In this document: one piece after another, positions 9,065 through 16,726 of the stretch
Position numbering within the stretch: position 1 is the stretch's first letter
Layout of the letters: each line of letters begins with the position of its first letter
Source: a virus
Taxonomy: Duplodnaviria > Caudoviricetes
DNA length: 30,276 nucleotides
Virus record (IMG/VR): IMGVR_UViG_3300046778_000102
Span: 1 to 30,276 of that record
Direction: 5' to 3' (one strand)
Made by a program: the position numbers and the translations under genes
Notes under the pieces: model-generated
The model's database searches: none
What the model was told of the DNA's origin: nothing
Seen by the model: only the letters and a program-made list of their open reading frames with translations

Positions 9065-10929
9065 TTCCAATGGTCTCCTAGTTCTAGTTCCGCATAGATA
9101 GGAACTGTGCACTGCACACAATTCTCCATGACGTGTTGAATCTTCAAAGCTTGTTCCTCACATGTTACAGAGTGATCGAGTTCATCGTGAACGGTTAGTA
9201 GGGGAATCTCACCGTGCTGCTTATAGTTCTGAATCATTGCAGCCTTGGTCATGTCGGCTGCTGAACCTTGAATCAAGGCATTAAGAGCCTTGTATGTGTA
9301 AGCTCTCTTGAGTGGAGCATTGGGCCACTTCTGTCTAGCTTTCTCTAATGGCATCGCAAAGCTCTTGTAATCTTTCCTCTTGAGTTCCCACAGATTGAAT
9401 CTTCTTTTGCGACCAAGCAATGTTTTGATATATCCTCTCCTGTCTGCTAAATCCATGCAGATGTCAGAGAGTTGTTTGATGAATGGATTAGCCTCATTAA
9501 ACACACGCATTACTTCCATTGATTTCTCTGGTGAGAAGCCGAGGTCTTTGGAAATCTTGTCTTTACCTTCTCCATAACAGATTCCCAGAGTGAGGTCTTT
9601 GGCAGGTTTGCGAGGAAGTCCAGCAGCTTTCGCAACCAGAGGATAAAAGTCTGTTTTCTTATCTGCTAGATAGGCGTCTCGAATCTTGTCTGCTCCCAAT
9701 AGCTTCATGATGAAGCCATAGTGTGTCAAGATACGAGGTTCTTGTTGAGAGTAGTCAAGCTTGGCCCATTTTTCACCAACATCCGGTAGGAACAAGGCTC
9801 TAATCTTGTGAGCAAACTCATGCCTGGAAGGAATTTGCTGCAAGTTGGGATTACTGACGGCAAACCTCCCTGTTCTCGTTCCATCTTCATCGCTTCTTGT
9901 TTGATGGAACTCTGCATGTATGCGCCCATTAACATGATTTCCGAAAATTGTCGTCTCGATGAAGTTGCAACGTAACGTTTTAAGATTTCGAACCTGAAGA
10001 ATCTTCTTGAAGAAGGAATTGTCACTGTTCTTGAGGAAGTTCTTGTCGAATGAAGGATTACCTTTTTCTGTGAGAGAGTATTCATAACCAAGTTTCTTAC
10101 ACACTTTAACAATGTCTGCACTAGACATTGGATTCACATTAAATCCAGTCTCAAGTCTTATGCTCTTGTTAATTTCATCTTCTGCTTGTTTGAGTTCCTT
10201 CCTCAAACGGTCTGCTGCATCGAGGTCAACACGAACACCCTTCATTCGCATCTCAAGGACAATCTGTAACAACTCACACTCCATGTTGAATACAGACCAG
10301 ATTCCCTCTGACGTCAGAACTTCTTCCTGCTTCTCATAAATAGCAAGGGTCATGGCTGCATCAGCCTCGGCATAAGGCCCAACATATTTGGAATGTAGTT
10401 GATGTAATCCACCTTTAGGATCAACACCGTAAGTAGAGGCAGCCAGCTTGAGCAATTCCTCATTCTTCTTGAATCCAAGATACTTCTGACCTAGGGCAGA
10501 TAGGTTGTAACCCTGTAACGATTCCTCATCAATCAGAGATTCTGCAATCTGCACACATCGAAGTTGACCCTTGAGTGTAATACCCATGAACCTGAGCCAT
10601 TCAAGGTCATATCCAAAATTCGCGCATACCTTCTCTATATCTGCTCTCCCTGCCACTTCACAGAGAAAGTTAACGATGTTCTCTTTTGGTAGGTTGCCAC
10701 CAAGAGTGTGATCAAATGGATAGTAAGCCTTGAAACCTGTATTGGTTGCAATCGAGACACCAACAGGGTATCCATCACGCCTGATACTTCCTGGGCCTTT
10801 GTTTTCAATGTTGGGGTCTTTAGTTTCCAAGTCTATAACCATGCGCCTTACGTCACCAAGATTAGGAAACTTCAACTGTGGTTTCCAGTTACTATCAGGC
10901 TCAAATAATGTTAGGTTGATTCCTGTCAT
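9061..10929 (-). CDS. polA: DNA polymerase family A with 3'-5' exonuclease (Leu at the 762-equivalent)
   Basis: ExoI IDLET, ExoII NFGYD, ExoIII YAEAD; TRTGRF..SNPNLQQIP; motif A DYSQQEPR; motif B RKPAKDLTLGICYG; IQGSAAD; motif C VHDEL. Confidence 0.96.
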   Translation of the reverse strand: MTGINLTLFEPDSNWKPQLKFPNLGDVRRMVIDLETKDPNIENKGPGSIRRDGYPVGVSIATNTGFKAYYPFDHTLGGNLPKENIVNFLCEVAGRADIEKVCANFGYDLEWLRFMGITLKGQLRCVQIAESLIDEESLQGYNLSALGQKYLGFKKNEELLKLAASTYGVDPKGGLHQLHSKYVGPYAEADAAMTLAIYEKQEEVLTSEGIWSVFNMECELLQIVLEMRMKGVRVDLDAADRLRKELKQAEDEINKSIRLETGFNVNPMSSADIVKVCKKLGYEYSLTEKGNPSFDKNFLKNSDNSFFKKILQVRNLKTLRCNFIETTIFGNHVNGRIHAEFHQTRSDEDGTRTGRFAVSNPNLQQIPSRHEFAHKIRALFLPDVGEKWAKLDYSQQEPRILTHYGFIMKLLGADKIRDAYLADKKTDFYPLVAKAAGLPRKPAKDLTLGICYGEGKDKISKDLGFSPEKSMEVMRVFNEANPFIKQLSDICMDLADRRGYIKTLLGRKRRFNLWELKRKDYKSFAMPLEKARQKWPNAPLKRAYTYKALNALIQGSAADMTKAAMIQNYKQHGEIPLLTVHDELDHSVTCEEQALKIQHVMENCVQCTVPIYAELELGDHWK

Positions 10930-11333
10930 AGAGTCACCTGTTCTGTAAGGATGCCATGACGATTAGCAACTTCTAACGATTTCAAATCCTTCTCATATGC
11001 TTCATGAAAATAGACTTTTCTAATCTTAAATGCTGCTAATACAGTCATACAATAGGTACAAGGTAGGAGGGTTACGATTGCTATGACTGGTGCTTCTAGT
11101 CTCTTATGGAAGGAAGATAGTGCATCAATCTCTGCATGAATCATGAACGGTCTCCTTGCCTCCCTGTCCTGATACGCAGAGCGTGGTTCTTCCTTAGCCA
11201 AGTGATTGAAACCAAGACCAACTACAGTCTCTTGTTCATCGAGCAATACGCATCCAACTTTCTTGAACGGGTCAAGAGAACCAGATGAATAACTGTATGC
11301 TACGTGCATTAGTTCTTTAATTCTAGAATCCAT
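10926..11333 (-). CDS. dCMP deaminase family
   Basis: DP.KKVGC, HAE, PCTYC zinc-deaminase motifs. ATGA overlap with polA. Confidence 0.9.
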   Translation of the reverse strand: MDSRIKELMHVAYSYSSGSLDPFKKVGCVLLDEQETVVGLGFNHLAKEEPRSAYQDREARRPFMIHAEIDALSSFHKRLEAPVIAIVTLLPCTYCMTVLAAFKIRKVYFHEAYEKDLKSLEVANRHGILTEQVTL

Positions 11334-11334
11334 A

Positions 11335-12144
11335 TTATTTTGCTGACTTGATTAAGTCTTTAAGAAAGTTGATATTAGTTCTTTTGACCTCATGGTCTTT
11401 CATGACTTCGAGATAAGCCAATACATCATTTGCATCCTTGAACTCAGTGATGTCGAGAGGTTTATAATCCCAAGCGTGAGGAGCAGAGAGACATTGCTGT
11501 GCAGACGCGATATTTTTACGATATAGATGCTGACTGCCGGCATTGAAGTAAAGGTCTCCAAGTTCCAGTGTTGGAAGCCACTGGTGCAAGGCTTTAACCA
11601 CGTAGGCAGCAATCATCGAGAAGTTGAACACATCATACGGCCAACCAAGCCAAATGTCAGAACTACGCATAGTGTGAATAACATCGAGCCTGTTATTACG
11701 AATTAAAAACTGGTCTGATATGGTGCATGGTATGTCCTTGCTCTTAGCAGGGTTAGGTTTCCATGTAGTCATAACAGCCTGACGTGATTCAGGTGAACGG
11801 TGCAGGGTCTCAATGATTTGTGGAAGTTGGTGCATGATCTGTGGCCCATATGCACCATTGAATGTGAGTCCATTATCTGAGAATGCTGCAATTTGGCTCG
11901 AATAAGGTTCGATCGTAGAAACACGGTCATCACCTGACAGAATCCACCATGCTTCAGCAAACATGAACTTGTATCCAAGATTCCTGTTCATCACAGACAA
12001 GGCACAACGATTCATGGGAATACGTGTCGAGTAATTCAGAATTTCGAAAGTATCCATCCCACGAGGATTGACCGTGTTACCATAAGACAGTAAATCGTAC
12101 ACTGTCTTCAGCCAGACCTGATTGATATCGAGATTTAAATTCAT
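11335..12144 (-). CDS. Thymidylate-synthase-fold enzyme, probably a dCMP (hydroxy)methylase
   Basis: FAE, AYG, SRQA, KDIPCT (catalytic Cys), QFLIR, MRSSD..LGWPYD, NAGSQHLY. Asp at the Asn177 specificity position. Start likely ATG 12144; the track start 12243 overlaps the kinase by 167 nt. Confidence 0.85.
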   Translation of the reverse strand: MNLNLDINQVWLKTVYDLLSYGNTVNPRGMDTFEILNYSTRIPMNRCALSVMNRNLGYKFMFAEAWWILSGDDRVSTIEPYSSQIAAFSDNGLTFNGAYGPQIMHQLPQIIETLHRSPESRQAVMTTWKPNPAKSKDIPCTISDQFLIRNNRLDVIHTMRSSDIWLGWPYDVFNFSMIAAYVVKALHQWLPTLELGDLYFNAGSQHLYRKNIASAQQCLSAPHAWDYKPLDITEFKDANDVLAYLEVMKDHEVKRTNINFLKDLIKSAK

Positions 12145-12661
12145 TCTGGATGGATGAAATAAATTCGGTAATATTGTTTCCTTCGATTTCGATTCTATAT
12201 TTGATTCCGAGTTTTGGGATGTAGATTGCTGAGATTTGTTCATATGTGTTAGTTATCTGTTTGTATTGTTCTTCGTTGAGTGAATGAGCAGGGTCAACGT
12301 GTCCCTGTTTGTAACGATTCCATGCTCCCTCTGAGGAGCAGAAAATAAATAAGCAGTCAAGCTTTATTACTTCTTTGTGAAGCTCTAATGCTGTCTTGTT
12401 GTAATGATTCCCTCGACCCATGATCGAGCCATAGACCAATTCAGATAGAAAATATCGGTCGAGAATCACGTTATGACCCTCGGCCAACATGAGCTTCACG
12501 TTGTCCAGGATATTCCAATGATAATCTGCAAGAGCAGGAAACAGTTTCTTACTTGCTGTGCAGTGAAATGGGACAAGGTGATAAGCTTTTGTGAGTTGAT
12601 TCACCAACGTGGTCTTGCCACATTCATCTGGGCCTTCTACAATGATTAACTTTCCTTGCAT
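12077..12661 (-). CDS. dNMP/thymidylate kinase-like
   Basis: P-loop VEGPDECGKTT; LDRYFLSELVYG (TMK-type DR motif). Confidence 0.85.
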   Translation of the reverse strand: MQGKLIIVEGPDECGKTTLVNQLTKAYHLVPFHCTASKKLFPALADYHWNILDNVKLMLAEGHNVILDRYFLSELVYGSIMGRGNHYNKTALELHKEVIKLDCLFIFCSSEGAWNRYKQGHVDPAHSLNEEQYKQITNTYEQISAIYIPKLGIKYRIEIEGNNITEFISSIQNEFKSRYQSGLAEDSVRFTVLW

Positions 12662-12951
12662 AAAGCTCCTGATTTGATGGCATGCTCAGTGTAATGAGCA
12701 ATCTTTTTAAGTTTAGCACTTCGTTTCTTATAATCTCTCCAGTTTTTAGGAATAATATTCTCTTCTTCGAGAACTAGAATAACTGTGTCTAAATCATTCA
12801 GTTCATCAATTAAACGTTCAAGATTAGTTCCAATCTCCGGTTTTTCAGGGTGACTATCATCAAGTCCAAACCTGAGTGACTTGTTTGCCATTTGCCCAAC
12901 TTCGCAGCATTCTTCAGCTAGGCAGGCAAGTAAATGTTCTTTAATATTCAT
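12646..12951 (-). CDS. MazG-like NTP pyrophosphohydrolase
   Basis: LAEECCEV...K.LRFG...DELND, the EExxE...ExxD all-alpha NTP-PPase signature. Start re-set to MNIKE. Confidence 0.75.
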   Translation of the reverse strand: MNIKEHLLACLAEECCEVGQMANKSLRFGLDDSHPEKPEIGTNLERLIDELNDLDTVILVLEEENIIPKNWRDYKKRSAKLKKIAHYTEHAIKSGALCKES

Positions 12952-13525
12952 TGTTAATAGCGTCAAGATGTTGTTGCAATTCGTTAAACACGTAGTCCAT
13001 CTTATCTGTCACATCATGGTTACAGTTCCATGGTTGAGGAAACGTGATTGTTTTGCCACTGCAGTTGATGAATTTCTCAATATTTGATGGACAATCATCA
13101 ATCAGGATGGTGTTAGGTTTAGCTAGAAGATGTTTATCCTTCATCAGAATAAACTTGGATGGTGAAATAGTGGTGTTGTCACGCAGCCATCGGAACTTTT
13201 CCTCGTAACAGGAAGCATAAGGTTGCGGCCAACTGTTCACATACACTTCTCCATAACTGAGGCACATGCCAATTAACTCCTGTGTATGAGAGTATTGAGG
13301 TAACTTGTGCCAGAAGTCAGGGTGATTCTGAATTGTGTCATATATCTCCTTGTCTGACAGGGGAGTATAGAACATGTTTTCTTCACGCACCTGATTGATC
13401 CATGGAACAATGTCATAGACCAAGGGACGTTGAGCAGGGAGTCGGTTGACCTCGAACAGGCGAAGTACTGGTGTGAAGAAATCACACAACACACCATCCA
13501 TGTCTAGATAAATGACTGGTTTCAT
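12941..13525 (-). CDS. HAD-family 5'(3')-deoxyribonucleotidase
   Basis: YLDMDGVLCDF (DxDGV), FW..L, EK..WL, ILIDD, PWN. Start 13525 by ATGA coupling. Confidence 0.85.
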   Translation of the reverse strand: MKPVIYLDMDGVLCDFFTPVLRLFEVNRLPAQRPLVYDIVPWINQVREENMFYTPLSDKEIYDTIQNHPDFWHKLPQYSHTQELIGMCLSYGEVYVNSWPQPYASCYEEKFRWLRDNTTISPSKFILMKDKHLLAKPNTILIDDCPSNIEKFINCSGKTITFPQPWNCNHDVTDKMDYVFNELQQHLDAINNEY

Positions 13526-13641
13526 AGTGATTTCCATACAAAGATACAGCATCGGATTGTTGCTGTAATTCCAAGAGAGGTAAGTGAAATCATAGCACTA
13601 ATTGGTAGCCAATATTCAAATAAAAATGAAGTAGGTTTCAT
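13522..13641 (-). CDS. Small 39-aa membrane peptide, absent from the ORF track
   Basis: MKPTSFLFEYWLPISAMISLTSLGITATIRCCIFVWKSL. ATGA overlaps at both ends fill the gap exactly. Confidence 0.65.
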   Translation of the reverse strand: MKPTSFLFEYWLPISAMISLTSLGITATIRCCIFVWKSL

Positions 13642-13913
13642 TTCGCGTTCCTTTCTTTTACGTGTGGGAGGGAATTGTAAAGCTCAATTACTGACGACTT
13701 CCATTTAAATCTGTCATCATAAGATGAAACAACATTTGCTAACTCATCCACGATTTTACGTAATTGATTACGTTCTGTAATAACTTCTGAAATCAATTTA
13801 GTTCGTTCTTTCAAATCTGGTCTTTCCATCAATATGCGTTTAAGTTTCCCCTGATTATCATGAGCGTGTTTCCATTTATCACGTTCAAGTTCTAATGGGT
13901 ATTTGTCGCTCAC
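13638..13913 (-). CDS. Hypothetical coiled-coil protein
   Basis: GTG 13913 in a GTGA overlap with the ligase stop, preceded by GGAGG. Confidence 0.6.
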   Translation of the reverse strand: MSDKYPLELERDKWKHAHDNQGKLKRILMERPDLKERTKLISEVITERNQLRKIVDELANVVSSYDDRFKWKSSVIELYNSLPHVKERNAK

Positions 13914-14854
13914 ACTACCTCCATATCTTCTCGGAAGCCGAGAAACACAGGACAACGGGGTGCATCCTTCTGTCCATGAGGTTGATACTTAAACTTGACT
14001 AAACGATTCTTGTATGAATCTTTCATCAGCCAAATATTCTTCCTCGTTTGTTCATCGAACCCTGTGCCGATGTTGAATTGGACACTGTTATGTCCTACAA
14101 CAATCAATGCACCAAGTGTGTTTCCTGGAATCTTACCTGCTTGATGTGAGGAACGTTCTGATAAACCTAGAGCGTTGGTCATTGCCTCGTTTCCATTAAC
14201 CATTAGTTCCTCGAACCCAATGACCGTAGCCTCTGCATCTTGGAAGCGTTTGAGTTTCAGCAACCACTGTTGATTGAACGTCGAACGTCCAAACTTGTAA
14301 GGCCCATCTATGTTCCTGAGCATTACTCCCTCGAAACCAGTTTGCAGGCAAGCTTCTTCGTAGGCAAGCAGGTTGGTTTCATTCTGAATCAATACTGGTA
14401 GGACTTTCTCCAGCTTGCAATCTGTTGGAAAGTTCATCTTATCCTTGAGCCATTCCATCCTGTCCCAATAAGGTAATGGTTCAACGAGGTCGAACACATG
14501 GAATTTAAAATTAGGTTGACCTTCCTGACTCATGATCTTGGATTCAACCTGATAGTATTCATCCATTACTCCATCGGTGTATGTAATGAGTTCACCATCA
14601 AGACCTGTCAGGTTGTATTCACCAAGGATACTCTGCACATACTTGTTAGGTATTGATTTCAATGAACGACTTACTGCTTCAACAGATGTCTTGTTGAACA
14701 TGTCCAGGATTATCTTCTCTCTGGTCACACAACGAATACCGTCCAGTTTGGGAGTTGCTAGGAGTGGATACTCCAATTTCTTCATGTCCTTAATTGACGC
14801 CGCCAGCATTGGGCGAAAGTCAGGACGCATCACGAATTGATTCTTATGAGCCAT
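13910..14854 (-). CDS. lig: ATP-dependent DNA ligase
   Basis: PMLA, motif I PKLDGIR, LDGEL, FHVFD, EGVMLR, LLKLKRF.D.EA, IGTGF, PRCPVF. Start re-set to MAHKNQF. Confidence 0.93.
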   Translation of the reverse strand: MAHKNQFVMRPDFRPMLAASIKDMKKLEYPLLATPKLDGIRCVTREKIILDMFNKTSVEAVSRSLKSIPNKYVQSILGEYNLTGLDGELITYTDGVMDEYYQVESKIMSQEGQPNFKFHVFDLVEPLPYWDRMEWLKDKMNFPTDCKLEKVLPVLIQNETNLLAYEEACLQTGFEGVMLRNIDGPYKFGRSTFNQQWLLKLKRFQDAEATVIGFEELMVNGNEAMTNALGLSERSSHQAGKIPGNTLGALIVVGHNSVQFNIGTGFDEQTRKNIWLMKDSYKNRLVKFKYQPHGQKDAPRCPVFLGFREDMEVV

Positions 14855-14859
14855 AGTTC

Positions 14860-15276
14860 TTACTTTCTTGTTGTGACGTCCGTTTCGTAGTGATATAGTA
14901 TGTTGGACGCCTTCACATACCAAAATTGTTGACTGTTTGTAAATTGAACAGGTAAATTGATCGTTGCAAAATTTGTGACATTGATTGTCATATTAGTCAA
15001 CAGGACATAAGGCCCTGTTACATTCGTGCTTGTGAATACACGAAAATATCTCCATTGATTGAAACCATCAACGATGTCCCATGATAGGAAATGATTGATG
15101 GTTGGAGGAATTACTACTGAAAGTGAAACCGACGATGAAAGAGTCGCAGCTTTCATCGTCGGCATGGGTGGTGTCACCACGACCACCCGTTTCCTGCTCG
15201 CCAAACCAGTCGAGCAGGAAACAATGGCACAGCACGCCAAAACTGTGCCAAAATTTTTTAGGTGAAGTTTCATCAT
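14860..15276 (-). CDS. Putative lipoprotein with a small FN3/Ig-like beta domain
   Basis: MMKLHLKNFGTVLACCAIVS-C lipobox-like; Pro/Ser linker; LSWD...FRVFTSTN..GPYVLLTN...QFWYVKA. Confidence 0.55.
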   Translation of the reverse strand: MMKLHLKNFGTVLACCAIVSCSTGLASRKRVVVVTPPMPTMKAATLSSSVSLSVVIPPTINHFLSWDIVDGFNQWRYFRVFTSTNVTGPYVLLTNMTINVTNFATINLPVQFTNSQQFWYVKASNILYHYETDVTTRK

Positions 15277-15497
15277 GAAAAGTGATCTTGTGCCTTATCT
15301 AACACCTTCTCTTGATCAATTTCATGACCACAATTTTCACACTCTTCTGGGCCTTCAATCTCTGCACCGTTTCCTGGGTCACTGAACCGTGGGTCATCGT
15401 GATTGGAGCAGCACGGAGCAGGTCGAGCAGGAGTAAATTCAAACTCCATCTCTTCTTCACACACCGGACATGTGTAAGTGTATGTATGAGTAATCAT
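15273..15497 (-). CDS. Small zinc-ribbon protein
   Basis: CPVC...CC..H...CENC. Start re-set to 15497 (ATGA overlap). Confidence 0.65.
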   Translation of the reverse strand: MITHTYTYTCPVCEEEMEFEFTPARPAPCCSNHDDPRFSDPGNGAEIEGPEECENCGHEIDQEKVLDKAQDHFS

Positions 15498-15772
15498 ACT
15501 AGTTCTTCTTTCTTTGCTTCCCACCATTCCTGGACGAGGATACAATTATATCTCTCTAGTAATCTCTGATGATAGGAAAGTGATTGAGTTACTGGCCTAA
15601 CAGACTCTAGCCTCTTAGTGAGTTCCATAACTAAGTCATACCTAGTGACTGGACTCATTTCTTTAATCGTGTTCAGAATAATCTTGCCTTGAGGTTCTAG
15701 CTCAAAGGTAGGGTCAGCCAGAAAGGTAAATACCCTTCGGTTGACTTTGGAATCAGGCTTGAACACATTCAT
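15494..15772 (-). CDS. Small protein, winged-HTH-like
   Basis: QGKIILNTIKEMSPVTRYDLVMEL...LSYHQRLLERYNCI resembles a wHTH. First gene after a promoter. Confidence 0.5.
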   Translation of the reverse strand: MNVFKPDSKVNRRVFTFLADPTFELEPQGKIILNTIKEMSPVTRYDLVMELTKRLESVRPVTQSLSYHQRLLERYNCILVQEWWEAKKEELV

Positions 15773-15786
15773 ATAATACTGCTATT

Positions 15787-15815
15787 ACTATGATTTACAA
15801 CGTCGTTGGAATCAA
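15787..15815 (-). promoter_or_regulatory. Sigma70-type promoter with a palindrome in the spacer
   Basis: Minus strand TTGATT-17 nt-CATAGT. The spacer contains CAACG-N-CGTTG (15798-15808). Confidence 0.6.
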
Positions 15816-15843
15816 GGATAAAGTTAAAATTTTTTGACTGCAA

Positions 15844-16176
15844 TCATTTCTTGGCTGCAGGTGCATCAAGTTTCCACTCTAGGTTAATCAGAACACCGTC
15901 TGCTATTGCTTGATCAATGAACTCATAGGTCTCGTCTGTGATGCCATCAAGCGAATACAGGGAGACAAGCGTTACCCGCGCAGTTATTTGCCAATTGATG
16001 ATGTTCTTCAAATATCTACAACATCCGAGTATGTGCAGGATTGCCTCGTCTCTGTTAAGTTCTAACGGCTTTGCAATTTTAAGCTCTACTTTCGTGTCTT
16101 GTTGCTTGGCAACCACCAACTCAGCTTTAGGTTTCTGAGCATCAAGAACCTTGAGTATCTCGTCATGCTTGCTCAT
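15844..16176 (-). CDS. Hypothetical protein
   Basis: 110-aa ORF with ATGA coupling to the upstream gene. Confidence 0.65.
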   Translation of the reverse strand: MSKHDEILKVLDAQKPKAELVVAKQQDTKVELKIAKPLELNRDEAILHILGCCRYLKNIINWQITARVTLVSLYSLDGITDETYEFIDQAIADGVLINLEWKLDAPAAKK

Positions 16177-16472
16177 TTTGTGATTATAGTTACCTTATTA
16201 GTCTGTATTCCAAACGCACGTGCATCTTTATGCTTCCTGAAATACACATCGAACCGTGCATCAAACTTTCTAGCAAGCCTGTCCTGGACTGTGTATTGTT
16301 TCCCATTGATGATGACTTTCGAGCCTAAAGGATACATCCTGGAGGCAGCCACGGTTACACCTTGCACTGGCCTAGTTCCATTGGCCGTCAAACCCTTGGA
16401 GCTTGTAGGACAACAAACCTCAGTGCAGGAACAATATGCCGTGACTATAGCAATGATGGTATTTGTGATCAT
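16173..16472 (-). CDS. Stand-alone 3D-domain protein (MltA-like peptidoglycan-related fold)
   Basis: VTAYCSC..CC...GLTANG...TVAA...PLGSKVII...YTVQDR...RFDVYF..H..A..FG. Confidence 0.8.
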   Translation of the reverse strand: MITNTIIAIVTAYCSCTEVCCPTSSKGLTANGTRPVQGVTVAASRMYPLGSKVIINGKQYTVQDRLARKFDARFDVYFRKHKDARAFGIQTNKVTIITK

Positions 16473-16663
16473 GATTGAGGTTGTTGATTCTTGCTGGCCT
16501 CTACGATTAGGCCAAATTTTGCCCTATGGTTTGACCCGTCCGGGGCATCATCTTTGTTTTTAGGGCCGTTTGCGGCGCACGGTTTGGGCGTGTTTTGTGG
16601 GATATGTATGATGTGCGGTACGAAATAGGTGAAGAGGTAGTTATCAAGTGGAATTGTTTTCAT
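16469..16663 (-). CDS. Small hypothetical ORF containing repeat copy B
   Basis: 64 aa with ATGA overlap into the 3D gene; much of it is the dispersed repeat. Confidence 0.4.
   Translation of the reverse strand: MKTIPLDNYLFTYFVPHIIHIPQNTPKPCAANGPKNKDDAPDGSNHRAKFGLIVEASKNQQPQS
16507..16585. repeat. Dispersed imperfect direct repeat, copy B
   Basis: Ungapped match to 3760-3838, 27/28 identical over the first 28 nt. Confidence 0.85.
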
Positions 16664-16680
16664 ATATTGAAATAAATAGG

Positions 16681-16707
16681 TTGACCTCCCTGTCTCAGGG
16701 AGGTCAA
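16681..16707 (-). terminator. Hairpin, terminator or processing site
   Basis: TTGACCTCCCTG-TCT-CAGGGAGGTCAA, 12-bp stem after the stop at 16727. Confidence 0.7.
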
Positions 16708-16726
16708 ACTAGGTTTAATCTGTTCG

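Noticed and set aside
11335-12243. Calling the TS-fold gene thyA, with the start at 12243
   Set aside because: It has PCT rather than PCH and Asp rather than Asn177; the upstream 33 codons lie within the kinase gene.
3760-16585. Repeat pair as a DGR template/variable region
   Set aside because: Mismatches are not adenine-specific on either strand and no reverse transcriptase is in the window.
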